Assembly (NCBI GenBank): GCA_949358305.1
Contig: OX442314.1
Coordinates: 6,696,001-6,760,000, forward strand
Direction: 5' to 3'
DNA: 64,000 nucleotides
DNA from: Strigamia acuminata
Taxonomy: Eukaryota
Part shown: one piece after another, positions 46,809 through 58,378 of the stretch
Layout: each line of letters starts with the position of its first letter
Position numbering within the stretch: position 1 is the stretch's first letter
Translations under genes and position numbers: made by a program
Notes under the pieces: model-generated
The model's database searches: none
The model's input: the letters and a program-made list of their open reading frames with translations, nothing else
What the model was told of the DNA's origin: nothing

Positions 46809-47126
46809 TTGTTAGAATTGCTTAGAAGCTTGTGTGAATTGCATAGATCTGCAATGGTGTGGGAAAAGTCCAAAGGTAAGAATCAGCCAGGTGTTCACAG
46901 GTGTGAATCTAAACATAGAGTGAGAGCTTTATTCTCAAGTCATGTGACTCCTTAAGTATACAGTGGCACCTATAGGCATATTACAACAGTTAAATATGTG
47001 AGACATTGCAAACACTCGTAATGTGAAAAGGCAAAAGCAAACAAATACACATGTAACAATTGAGAACATTATCGCTTGATAATACGATAGAAATACATAG
47101 TAAATAATAAGTACGACAAGTTAACA

Positions 47127-47767
47127 CCATCTCGACCAGAAGGGATCTCGCCTGTTCCACGGTTGTTGTGTCCAGAAACTGCTGCAACGTCCCTTCAGAA
47201 GGGTTGATCGGCGCTAAGGCTCGAGTCACGATGGAGCCTGTGGAGACTGGCGGCTGGGTGGTAGTCGTGATCAGGCATCGTCGTTTGTCCGGTTCGGGCT
47301 TGTCCCAAACAATCGGAGTTCTGGAAGTGCTGGCTGTCGAAACTTCTGGGGAGGGCTCGTCTTTGGCCGGTCCAAAGCGAGCTTCTCTTTTCTCGAGTTG
47401 TTCGATTGAGCTCAGTGTGGGCGTACCTATTATTACTTTCCTTCAAAAGGCACTTGGGAGACTGGCGTTTGATGTTATGCTTCCCGTGTTCGAGAGTTCT
47501 GGTTTCAGGAAGGCGCTCGGCGTCGTCTCCAAGCTTGAGACGGTGGAAAGCGTCGGGCGATAGACTGGCTTCGGTTGCGCATTCTGATATTCCAGAATTT
47601 TTGCGACGAGATCCGCCTGAGTGTAAATCTTCTTTTGGTCGGGGACTTCGTCGTCGAGGATTACGTCGTCGTCGATCTTCATCGGTTCGGGCTTGTCCCG
47701 AATTGTCTTGACGTTTTCGCGGCGCCTCTGGTCTCGTCGTCGCGACTCCTCTTCTCGATACGCTTTC
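47127..47767 (-). pseudogene. G2 third gene, middle piece
   Basis: MKIDDDVILDD...LPSAF* (CGA to TGA at 47443); EKREARFG motif retained. Confidence 0.9.
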
Positions 47768-50700
47768 TGTTACATAAAGAGATAATTGTTAGACGTTAAA
47801 ATCTGATAATTGAATTGTATAACATTGTTTAAATACGAGAATTTAGAGTCTTAAGTCGAAATTGTGAAAGCATATTTGTGTCAGTAAATGGTTTGATATA
47901 TGTTGATCGTTTATTGTATAAACTGGATGAATTTCGGCTTATTTGATGTAAAATGTTATAGTGTTGTTGCTTGTATGCGGTACGAGGGCGCCACACGAAA
48001 TGTGTTAATGTTCTCGTAACGTGTTAGTCTGTGGTGATGATGTCAAAGCAATGACATCATCGTGGTGAGAGATTGTATCTTTATTTATTATCTTTTTCGT
48101 TTTGTCATAAGATTTGTACTGTGTGTAAATTCAATGACGTCACCAGAATAAAAGTCATTCATTCTGTTTTAGTTTTCAACCGTGTACGTGTGTTTTTCTT
48201 CTGCCAGACACCTCATTATACATTCATGAAAATAGGCCCAGATTGGACCAACTTCACCTATTTTCTAGGCATGGAAAACTAACAGTTTTGGACATTACAT
48301 TTAAGATTCAACTACATTTGAACACAGCTTGGATTGTGAAACCCAGACATTGGTTTCACATTGGTTAATATGTGATAATATAACATTATCACATGTGAGT
48401 ACATTTATTTTACAAAACTTTATATTTATTTTCGTTGTATTTCACGTTGAATACACGTCCCGAGGAGCGAACGTTTCCACAACGCGAACGACGCCGAGCA
48501 TACGCATCGCCGGAAAGCCTAACGACGCGCCGCCCGACGTTTGACGATTTATTGGCTAGGACATTCATATATCGGGTATTTTATTATTTCCACTGCGTTT
48601 ATGAATATTTTGGCGAGTGTCCTACATGGTAGCAGAGGGTGGTTCTGCTAAAACCCGATATCGACGGAAAATAGCGACGATACGACGGAAAAATGGCGTC
48701 GAAGGGAAGCGCGGCGTCGGCGGCGGCAGGAATCGCGCCGCTTGACAAAAACAACTACGAGACGTGGAAAGTGGACGTTCAATTGTTGCTTCAGGAACTC
48801 AATTTGTGGGGATTCCACGACGAAACAATTAAAGCGCCGCCGGATGGAACGTCGGCAGCGGATTTGGCGAAATACGAGAAGCGGAAAGCTCGTGCACGTG
48901 GAATTTTGTGCAACAGCGTCGCAACCAGACTGAAACCGTCGCTGTTAAAGCTGGATACATCGAAAGAGGTATGGGATTACCTGAAAAAGCTGCATGAACC
49001 CACGTCAGTCGCGAGAAATGCAAAGATTCTCGAGGATTTCTACACGATACGTTGCGGCGATAAAGAGGAAGTCGATACGTTTATCACACGTGTCGAATTG
49101 GCAGCCGACGAATTGAAATCAATAAAACAAGAGCCGAATGACAAAGTAAAAGCCTATACTTTAATAAATAGAATTCGTAAAGACTACGAACATCAAGTGC
49201 AGGCTATTTACCAGTGGAGTGACGGGGACTTCACGTTTGATAAAGTTTCCGAGGCATTGCTTGCCGAGAGTGCACGTCGTCGATACACGACAGGAACGAG
49301 TTCTCCAACGATGGAATCCAGTGCTCTCAGTGTCAGTGCTTCCAACAATCAGCAAGGATCGAGGAAACAAGACAACAAAGGAGGTAAGAGCAACTTTTCC
49401 AATATTTTATGTTACAATTGCCACGAAAAGGGACATATTGCACGGAACTGTCAAATGCCAAATACAAAACAACAGGACAACACTCGTGGACGTGGCAAAG
49501 GGCGCGGACAGCCCCAACGAGGCAAGGGTTTGCGTGGAGCCTTTTATGCATCATTTTTGGGGGAAAGTGTGTCCAATTCAATTGAAAAAGTATGTGATGA
49601 GGACGCATGGTTTGTGGATTCCGGCGCATCAGACCATGTATGTGGAAAATTGGAATATTTTCAGACTTTCAAGTCATTACCTCCAACCAAATTACAATTG
49701 GGCCAGGGCACAGCTAGTATTACTGGCTGTGGTGCTGTAAACATCAGCACATTTGCGAATGGAATCCACAACCATGTGGACTTAATAAATGTGTATTTTG
49801 TCAAGGGTTTCAAACGCAATTTAATTTCGAGTGCTAAAATTGATGAAGCAGGGTTCAATCAACACATTTACAATGGTGTGTTGAGAGTGTATTTACAAAA
49901 CAACAAAGAGTGTTTATTGTTAGCGAACAGGCAGACAGATGGATTGTATCGTGTCCAAGGCCAGGTTCAAATGAATCAAAATGTGTCAAATACCATTGTT
50001 AATCCAATTTCACAAAATGTTACCCAGGTTTTACCATTGATTGAACAAAATGTTGTAAAACGAATTGAGCAATTGCAGAGCAAGAGTCCAAATTATGAAA
50101 TTGTTTCCCAACAACCTGCACCTGTTGTGCAAAGTTTTGCAGTTTCGGTCGACACGTGGCATAAGCGTTTTGCCCACATGCATGTTCAGGGGCTAGCCAC
50201 GTTGTTGAAAAGTGAGGAGACCACGGGATTAGATTTCACAGGAAATCTAAACAATTTTGCGTGCGATTCATGCAGAATTGCAAAATCAACCCGTGCTAAT
50301 TACAAAGTTAGAGATGATCGCGAGCGTGGGGAACCGCTTGAATTGTTGCATATAGACGTGTGGGGGCCCAACCCCACAACATCACTGGGTGGTGCACGTT
50401 ATCTGTTGTGCATTGTTGATGATGCAACGCGTTTTTCGTGGGTTTATCCTATGAAAACAAAAGATGAGGCCTTTCCGATTTTTAAAACATTCTTGGCGCG
50501 CGTTGAGCGCCGTTCAAATAGGAAAGTTCATGAAATTAGAACGGATCGGGGTGGAGAGTTTTGCAGCAAGGAATTTGATTCTTTTCTGCAACAAAAGGGC
50601 ATTGGTGCCCAAAGAACAAACCCGTACTCAGCACAAATGAACGGCATTGCGGAGCGATTAAACCGCTCAATATTAAACAATGTGCGCGCAATAATTGAGG

Positions 50701-53700
50701 ATACAAATTTGCCGTGGATTTTGTGGGCAGAATTGGCTGTCAGCTACATTTATTTAAAGAACAGGTATCCACATTTATTTGCGAAGGGACAAATTCCTTA
50801 CATTAAATTCAGACAAAGAAGCATGGCAGTGAAGCATTTACGTGCAATTGGCTCGTTATGTTTCGTACATATTCCCAAACCCAAAAGAGCTAGCAAACTC
50901 GACTCAAGAGCATGGAAGGGCATACTGGTGGGGTATGCATTCACTACAAGGGGTTATAGGGTTTGGAATCCAATTACAAATGAGGTAGTCGAAACAAAAC
51001 ATTTAGTCATTGATGAGTCCAGGGACTGGAAGTCCTTTAATGCTGTGGACATAAATGTTCAACAACCAGATTTGGATACAAATGGTTACGATTCGGATGA
51101 GAGTGGGTTGTATCAACAGGAATTCCATGATCCGATGCCACCCACTACACCACCGGGTTCGCCTCCCGTTATGCGTAAAGTCCCAGCACCCCTCGCGCAG
51201 GTCCCACCACAAGTGGGACCAATGGCCCAAGCGCCTATTCCCACACAGCCAGTCCAAGGGGGGGCAAAAGTTAAGAAACCTCGAATTGCCACCCGAACCA
51301 CAGATGCAGATGGGTGGGATAGGGAGCAAGTGACCAGGCAAGGAGGTGTTACAGCTGGGAGAATTGATGTGCTGTTTTACGCACCAGATGGCACAGGGCC
51401 TTTGAAAACAAAGAAAGATGTTGAAGCGTATTGCCGGGGAAATAGGATATTTTTCAATCCATTAAAATTCGATTTCACCCCAGTGAAGGAGCCCATCAAT
51501 ACAATCGAGCAATCGTCCGACGAGGAACCAATGGAGACGGTTCTCACTGCAACGACACCTCCCATCAGCGTGTATTGTGCTGTCACGCAGCCCAAAACAT
51601 ACGAGGAGGCAGCTTCCTCGCCTCAATCTAAAGAATGGAGAGAGGCGATGGAAGAGGAGATTGAAACATTACAAGAAAGAGAAGTGTACGAGGAGGTGCC
51701 GCGACCGAAGGCCAAGGTCTTGGGTCACAAATGGGTATACAAGTTGAAACCAGACGAAGATGGCAATATTGTGAGATATCGTGCCAGGGTAGTCGCACAA
51801 GGGTTTAGACAAACGCAAGGTGTGGACTACACAGAAGTGTTCTCGCCGGTCGTAAATTTCACATTAATCCGACTGTTTTTCTGTTTATTGGTGATCTTGC
51901 GTGGCTGGGTCGACGTCCATCTGGACGTCAAATGCGCGTACCTTTACGGCAAATTAGATTGTCCCATACATATGGAGATCCCGCAAGGATTCAAAACACC
52001 GGGAACGGACAATGTTTGGCTCCTGTACAAATCATTGTACGGATTACACCAATCCGGCAGGATGTGGTTCGAGGAGTTAAATACCAGTCTGCTGGATTTG
52101 GGTTTCACCAAAGTGATTGGATGCAATTGCGTTTACACTTTTGATCGCAATGCCGTCCTCTTGATATACGTGGACGACATGATTTTGTTTGCAAAAGATG
52201 TGGAAACCCAGAGCGCCCTAATTGACCTCATTAAACAAAAATTCAACATTGTGAACTTGGGTCGGATCACAAAATTGCTAGGTGTGAAATTTTATCGTGA
52301 GAATGGGAAGGTATGCCTCCACCAGAAGCATTTCATAGATAAGTTGGCTGTGAAATTCAACTTGACTCAAAATACGAAAGTGAGAGTTCCTATTGCAGCC
52401 GGGTCAACGTTTAATCACAATGTTAAAGAAGTTGATCCGAACTCAGACTTTCCATATCGTTCGCTGGTCGGGAGTTTGATGTTCCTCGCGTCCAGGACAA
52501 GGCCGGACATTTTATATTCCACAATATACATGTCCCAATTTAACACAAGCTACACTCAGAAACACGTCAAGGCTCTTGTGCAAATTGCTCAATACGTTGT
52601 GAATACTAAAAATTATTGTGTTAATTTATCAAAGTGTATAAATACAGATTTGCGCATTTACACCGATGCTTCCTGGGCGACGGACCTCCATCACTGCAAG
52701 AGTTTTGGGGGGTTTGCATTGTTTATGGGCGATGCCCTCATTAGTTGGGGTTGTCGGAAACAAAGTTCCGTCGCGTGCAGTACTATGGAGGCGGAATATT
52801 TGGCGCTAGTTCACGCCGTCCAGGAAGGATATTGGCTATCCAGCATATTCGAAAGCTGTGTGCTTTTGGATTATATTAATATGCCAATAGTGTATTCGGA
52901 TTCGTTGTCATCGATACAATTTGTGGAAAATGATCTTGAAAATTCTAAAACTAAACATATCCGAATACGCTATTGCTTCTTAAGAGACTGGTTCGAGAAA
53001 AAGTATTTCTCAATTGAGAAAATTCCGACAAAATGGAATTTAGCAGATTTGTTCACAAAGTGGCTGCCTCAGGACCGGTTAAAAGACTTGTGTGCAGATA
53101 TGTTGGATGTTTGAATCAAGATATAACGTGTAACATTTAAGGAGGTGATTGTTACATAAAGAGATAATTGTTAGACGTTAAAATCTGATAATTGAATTGT
53201 ATAACATTGTTTAAATACGAGAATTTAGAGTCTTAAGTCGAAATTGTGAAAGCATATTTGTGTCAGTAAATGGTTTGATATATGTTGATCGTTTATTGTA
53301 TAAACTGGATGAATTTCGGCTTATTTGATGTAAAATGTTATAGTGTTGTTGCTTGTATGCGGTACGAGGGCGCCACACGAAATGTGTTAATGTTCTCGTA
53401 ACGTGTTAGTCTGTGGTGATGATGTCAAAGCAATGACATCATCGTGGTGAGAGATTGTATCTTTATTTATTATCTTTTTCGTTTTGTCATAAGATTTGTA
53501 CTGTGTGTAAATTCAATGACGTCACCAGAATAAAAGTCATTCATTCTGTTTTAGTTTTCAACCGTGTACGTGTGTTTTTCTTCTGCCAGACACCTCATTA
53601 TACATTCATGAAAATAGGCCCAGATTGGACCAACTTCACCTATTTTCTAGGCATGGAAAACTAACAGTTTTGGACATTACATTTAAGATTCAACTACATT

Positions 53701-54008
53701 TGAACACAGCTTGGATTGTGAAACCCAGACATTGGTTTCACATTGGTTAATATGTGATAATATAACATTATCACATGTGAGTACATTTATTTTACAAAAC
53801 TTTATATTTATTTTCGTTGTATTTCACGTTGAATACACGTCCCGAGGAGCGAACGTTTCCACAACGCGAACGACGCCGAGCATACGCATCGCCGGAAAGC
53901 CTAACGACGCGCCGCCCGACGTTTGACGATTTATTGGCTAGGACATTCATATATCGGGTATTTTATTATTTCCACTGCGTTTATGAATATTTTGGCGAGT
54001 GTCCTACA
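47768..54008 (+). mobile_element. Ty1/Copia D with MBD-like domain, apparently intact and recent, inserted in G2 ORF3
   Basis: 859-bp LTRs at 47768-48626 and 53150-54008 (no differences noticed), CTTTC TSD, PBS TGGTAGCAGAGGGTGGTT at 48627, PPT AAGGAGGTGAT. Confidence 0.97.
48693..53114 (+). CDS. Copia D gag-pol polyprotein (1473 aa) with MBD-like domain between integrase and RT
   Basis: CYNCHEKGHIARNC, WFVDSGASDH, LHIDVWG...RTDRGGEF...AERLNR, GWDREQVTRQGGVTAGRIDV...FDF, YVDD, YTDAS. Confidence 0.97.
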   Translation: MASKGSAASAAAGIAPLDKNNYETWKVDVQLLLQELNLWGFHDETIKAPPDGTSAADLAKYEKRKARARGILCNSVATRLKPSLLKLDTSKEVWDYLKKLHEPTSVARNAKILEDFYTIRCGDKEEVDTFITRVELAADELKSIKQEPNDKVKAYTLINRIRKDYEHQVQAIYQWSDGDFTFDKVSEALLAESARRRYTTGTSSPTMESSALSVSASNNQQGSRKQDNKGGKSNFSNILCYNCHEKGHIARNCQMPNTKQQDNTRGRGKGRGQPQRGKGLRGAFYASFLGESVSNSIEKVCDEDAWFVDSGASDHVCGKLEYFQTFKSLPPTKLQLGQGTASITGCGAVNISTFANGIHNHVDLINVYFVKGFKRNLISSAKIDEAGFNQHIYNGVLRVYLQNNKECLLLANRQTDGLYRVQGQVQMNQNVSNTIVNPISQNVTQVLPLIEQNVVKRIEQLQSKSPNYEIVSQQPAPVVQSFAVSVDTWHKRFAHMHVQGLATLLKSEETTGLDFTGNLNNFACDSCRIAKSTRANYKVRDDRERGEPLELLHIDVWGPNPTTSLGGARYLLCIVDDATRFSWVYPMKTKDEAFPIFKTFLARVERRSNRKVHEIRTDRGGEFCSKEFDSFLQQKGIGAQRTNPYSAQMNGIAERLNRSILNNVRAIIEDTNLPWILWAELAVSYIYLKNRYPHLFAKGQIPYIKFRQRSMAVKHLRAIGSLCFVHIPKPKRASKLDSRAWKGILVGYAFTTRGYRVWNPITNEVVETKHLVIDESRDWKSFNAVDINVQQPDLDTNGYDSDESGLYQQEFHDPMPPTTPPGSPPVMRKVPAPLAQVPPQVGPMAQAPIPTQPVQGGAKVKKPRIATRTTDADGWDREQVTRQGGVTAGRIDVLFYAPDGTGPLKTKKDVEAYCRGNRIFFNPLKFDFTPVKEPINTIEQSSDEEPMETVLTATTPPISVYCAVTQPKTYEEAASSPQSKEWREAMEEEIETLQEREVYEEVPRPKAKVLGHKWVYKLKPDEDGNIVRYRARVVAQGFRQTQGVDYTEVFSPVVNFTLIRLFFCLLVILRGWVDVHLDVKCAYLYGKLDCPIHMEIPQGFKTPGTDNVWLLYKSLYGLHQSGRMWFEELNTSLLDLGFTKVIGCNCVYTFDRNAVLLIYVDDMILFAKDVETQSALIDLIKQKFNIVNLGRITKLLGVKFYRENGKVCLHQKHFIDKLAVKFNLTQNTKVRVPIAAGSTFNHNVKEVDPNSDFPYRSLVGSLMFLASRTRPDILYSTIYMSQFNTSYTQKHVKALVQIAQYVVNTKNYCVNLSKCINTDLRIYTDASWATDLHHCKSFGGFALFMGDALISWGCRKQSSVACSTMEAEYLALVHAVQEGYWLSSIFESCVLLDYINMPIVYSDSLSSIQFVENDLENSKTKHIRIRYCFLRDWFEKKYFSIEKIPTKWNLADLFTKWLPQDRLKDLCADMLDV

Positions 54009-55540
54009 CTTTCCACGACTGCGCACGGCTTTCGGTAACTCTCGCCCTTCTCTCGTCTCGTCGGCGAAGGTCTTCTTTTTCACGTCGAGTTTTTTCTTCG
54101 CGCTCGCGCAAGTAGTCTTCTCGATGTTTGTTCCAAGACTCTTTATTTCGTTCTCTCTGTCGGAAGTAGTCTTTTCGATATTCTTCCCACTCTTTTTGAC
54201 TTCTATCGTCCCTGCTTCGGTCCTCTCGGTGATTTGGACGTTCTCGCGTATTTTCCTTTCCTCGACTGGTCGACGGAGTGTCCCTGGATCGGTATCGCGA
54301 AGCTTGTGAATTCTTGGTCCTCTCGAGGCGAGTGAAGACGCTTGGTTTGGCCATCCGTTTCTCTGTTGCAGGTTTCTTATTCTGCGAGCGGCTAGAAGTG
54401 CTTGGTTTGTCCAGGCACGGCTTTATCGCGGGTTTCTTGTTTTGCGAACTGTTAGAAGTGCTTGGCTTGTCCAGGCACTGCTTTTTCGCCGAGCAACCTC
54501 CTTCGTCGTGCTCGTTGGAGAGGCGTTTCTCGGCCTTCTGTCGTTTGCGGCCGAAGAAACCGAGATAATATAGTTGGTGCATCGCCCGTTGTGAGCGGAT
54601 GAAACCGTGTCGCGGTCTCCAATCCGGGCGGTCGGGTCGGTTGCCCTGGATTTGCTGCAGCCAAATCTTGATTTCCTCTGTTGAGTAGCCGTCCGGTTGC
54701 AGATGCTCGAAAACCTCGTCGTGAGCGGTCCTTCTTACTTCCTCGTAATACGCCATGTGAATTTCGTGTTTTTCTTCGTCCGTTTCGGCGTCGCGCCACT
54801 GCTCGTAGACTTCCCACCCTCTTTCGTCGTCCGGAAAGGCGGCTCGGATCAGTGGGTTAGGGATTGGCGCCGGTGGGTCCATATTTCTTGATATGACTGC
54901 TCGTAATGCTTCGTGGTATTGTCGTGGCATATAGTGGATCAGCGTTTGTTGGCTAGACCAATAGCGGCTGATCGCACGGGACAGTAACAAGCGGATTTTC
55001 TATGGATCAAAGTTGACCAATTCTTCCAACGCTTGGCGGAACAATACGTGGATGACTTCGCGCCATAAACTTCCTGCGGAGACTCGTTTCGGGTCGATCT
55101 GTCCCCACGTGGTTCGATATCCATCCTGAATATTAGAAATAAAATGGATATATTAGAAAAGTTGGCCAGTTTGTTAGATTTTGAAGAGTTGTCTTCTTTT
55201 GACACAAGATGGCGTCTTGGTCGGCCATGTGCTTTTCGGGCACGTGTTGCGAAGTTAATTTTTTCTTTCGGCGTTTGTTTGGATTGACAATTTGTCACTT
55301 AAAGTCGAGTTATTTCGTTGTTCGTGGTCAGTCCACGAACTTATCTCGTACTTTTAATTACCGATAATTGAATTTCATGTATTTTTTACTTACGTCGGGT
55401 TGGTGGTCATTGGGATCATCCCAATTTCCATCGTCTTCGTTTAATACGATCTGTAACAACTCGACTTGGTTTTCATCGTCGTCTTCGGAGACGTTATCCA
55501 GCGCTTTTTCGATTTCCTTCTTCCAATCGTTTCTTTTCAT
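54009..55540 (-). pseudogene. G2 third gene: exon 1 (55394-55540), intron (55126-55393) and start of exon 2
   Basis: Same donor and acceptor as G1, with a diverged Arg-rich segment. Confidence 0.88.
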
Positions 55541-55745
55541 GTTCTTCTGGAGCGATCTCTTCGTCGCTTTCGCTGGAGATGACAGTGATAAGTGTGGGTC
55601 GGGTTAGAGGTTAACTATTAGTCTCATGTCGTCTTTGATTGGTTTGGCCAATTAGGACGCATTGTGGGACGTAACAGGTGTCCCCCCTGTGGTTGTTTTT
55701 ATCATTTGAGACAATGGTCGGAGTTTTACTTGATGTTTTTCTTCG

Positions 55746-58331
55746 CTATTTTCCGACTATTTTTCCATTCTTGATGAACGGATTTGGTTTGTGCCGGCGC
55801 ATACCGTAGACTTTATCAGGTTTGGGGATTCCTGTAGCCTTATTTTTGTTTGATTGTTTTCCTTTTTTAGGAGATATATCGACTATTTCCTCCCTCTCCG
55901 AAAGATCATCTGGGGCGTCGGCTGACTCGTGTAACTCGTCTTGAATTAAACTGATCTGTTCAGTTTGTTCATCTAGAAACATATCGCGAACAATCGGAGA
56001 TTGAGCTGGTTTCGTTTGATTTTCTGTCCAAGCTTCTTGAGGGAACTCGGGTAAGTATGGAGTTAATTCCCGAGCGTTGATGGATCTGAAATTAACGTTG
56101 TCCGCCAATCTTTTCAGTTTAAATGCGTTTCCGCCGTGCGCTTCGATGATGACGTAAGGGCCGTCTCGTTTATCAGCTAAGCCCGCGTGGATTCCCTTAT
56201 CAGCGCTGGACTGAATATGTGTGTCTTTCTAGACGAGGTCATTGACTTTAAAGTTGCAGAAGGGCCGATCCCTTCCAGCAGCGTTAATGCGATCTCAGGA
56301 CATCAGTTCTAGCTGCCAGCGAGCCATTCTTCCGGAGGGTTCTTTTAATCCCATCAGCCATTTTAGGGCCTCGTGGTCCGTTTGCACGTTAAACTTGGTA
56401 AATTCCAGGTACGGCCGGAACTTTCGGACTGCCCAAACTACTGCTAGACACTCTAGCTCCGTAGCGTTGTAATTTCTTTCCGCTGCTTGTAGTTTACGAC
56501 TGATGAACATTGTTGGGACCTCGTGTTCCACTCCATCGATGGTGTGCTTTTGAAGTAACGCGGCACCGAGATCGATTCGACTGGCGTCGGTGTGAAGTGT
56601 AAACTCTCGATTGAGGTCGGGTAATGGAATTCTTTTTGCATCGATTAACATTTGTTTTATTTTGTTAAAAGAGGTTTCGCAGTGGCTAGTCCACTCGAAA
56701 TCTTTGTCGTTGCGTAATAGATCGGTAATGGGTGCTGCCACGTCTGCTAGATTTGGGAGCATCCGATTGAAGAAGTTTACCATGCCCATAAAACGCTGGA
56801 CCCCTTTTATGTCCTCTGGGGCTGGGAATTGGCTGATCGCTTGAGTCTTTTTTGGGTCGATGGACAGGCCATCTACTCCAACAGTGTAACCCAGGAATGC
56901 CAGTTCTTTGCGACAAAATTTACTTTTTCCCGGATGGATATTTAGTCCGGCTTTTGTGAGTCGTTCTATTACGTCGTTCACGTAGACCAAGTGATCCTCG
57001 AAGGTCTGAGAGACGATTACGATGTCGTCGAGGTAGGCCCATGCGTATTTATGCAGCGCTTCGCCGAGAACTTTCTCAATTAGCCTTTGGAAGGTGGCTG
57101 GGGCATTTACTAACCCAAAGGGCATCACGTTGAACATGAGGCGGCCCTGGGGTGCCCAAAAAGCTGTTTTTTCCTTGTCTTCCTCCCGCAATTCAACCTG
57201 CCAGTAACCCTTGGATAGATCCATGGTCGTGACCCAGTTGAATGGGGCGAGTTCTCGCAGAATCGCTTCTATTGATGGCATTTGAATGGGGTCGATGACA
57301 GTTATGGCGTTTAAAGGTCGGTAATCTATGCAGAGGCGTGGTTCGGAGCCTGGTCGCATAACGAGGACAATCCTCATTCCGTACTCTCCGACTGCGTTAG
57401 AAACGATTCCCTTTTCGAGCAATTCCTGACACATTGTCCTTACGATATGTCTCTTCTGAGGATTCATGGTCTTGAAAGGTACTCGTACAGGTTTGCCCGT
57501 GACTAGCTCGATTTCGTGCATGACGTAACTTGTCTTCCCCGGCTCTTTGTTCAGATTTTTAGAATGTTTTTTAAGCATTTCCTCGAGGAGTTTAGTACGT
57601 TCCTCTCCCAGATTAGCATCGACCGCCAGATTATGTATTAAGTTTTCTTCTTGGAGGATAGTATTAAATAATTTGAAATTATAGTCTTGAATGAACTTTT
57701 TAATCTCGCCTCCTTCCCATTCCTCGTCGTTCTTAGATTTTTCTAGGAACTCAGCAGGTATTATGGGTAATCTTGGGTCTTCGTGATTATCGATGTAGTT
57801 CCACGAACGCGTGACCGGGTTGGGCTGGATGTTCATTCGTTCCATTAAATCCATGCCTATTAATAGGATCGTATCGCGGGTCGGTAGCACGATAAAGTAG
57901 TGCTTAATCGTACCTCCCTCCCACACGAAATCGGTTGACAGGGTTCCCACCGCTCGGACTTCGCCTGCTGCTGTAAGGACCCGGATGTTCTCGTTCATTC
58001 CCCTCAATTTTTTCTTTATCTTCTTGTCGAGTGACTCGAACAAGTCAGTGGAGATGAACGAATGGTCCGCTCCTGAATCGAGTAGTCCCATTAACACTTT
58101 TTTGCCGAAAGAGATAGGCATTTTGGCTAATGTGCTTTTTGCCTCGGTGGACAGGTTGCAGCGGAGTAGTCGCCTTTTAAGGGGTTTGGCCCCTTGATCA
58201 AGCGGTAAAGTCATGAAAGCTTTGGCTATGTTATCTTCGTCTCTAATTTCGATTTCCCGTTTGTCAAATGGTGTGGCGGCTTCCTCATAGAACTTCAGTA
58301 TTTTCTTCATCTCCTTGATCTGTTTTTCCAC
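55746..58331 (-). pseudogene. G2 pol with ~1.4-kb deletion removing most of integrase
   Basis: G1 positions 25664-27058 are missing, and the junction at ~56295 creates a TGA. Confidence 0.93.
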
Positions 58332-58378
58332 CAGTGTGAGGTCCAGTAAGGAGGAGGTTATCGCGAGCGGTAACGGAG

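Larger units (their letters stand above)
35577..47126 (-). mobile_element. Ty1/Copia B, defective, inserted in G2 ORF3
   Basis: 317-bp LTRs at 35577-35893 and 46810-47126, CCATC TSD, PPT GAGGGGGCCGAT, PBS GGTTATGGGCC. Confidence 0.95.
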
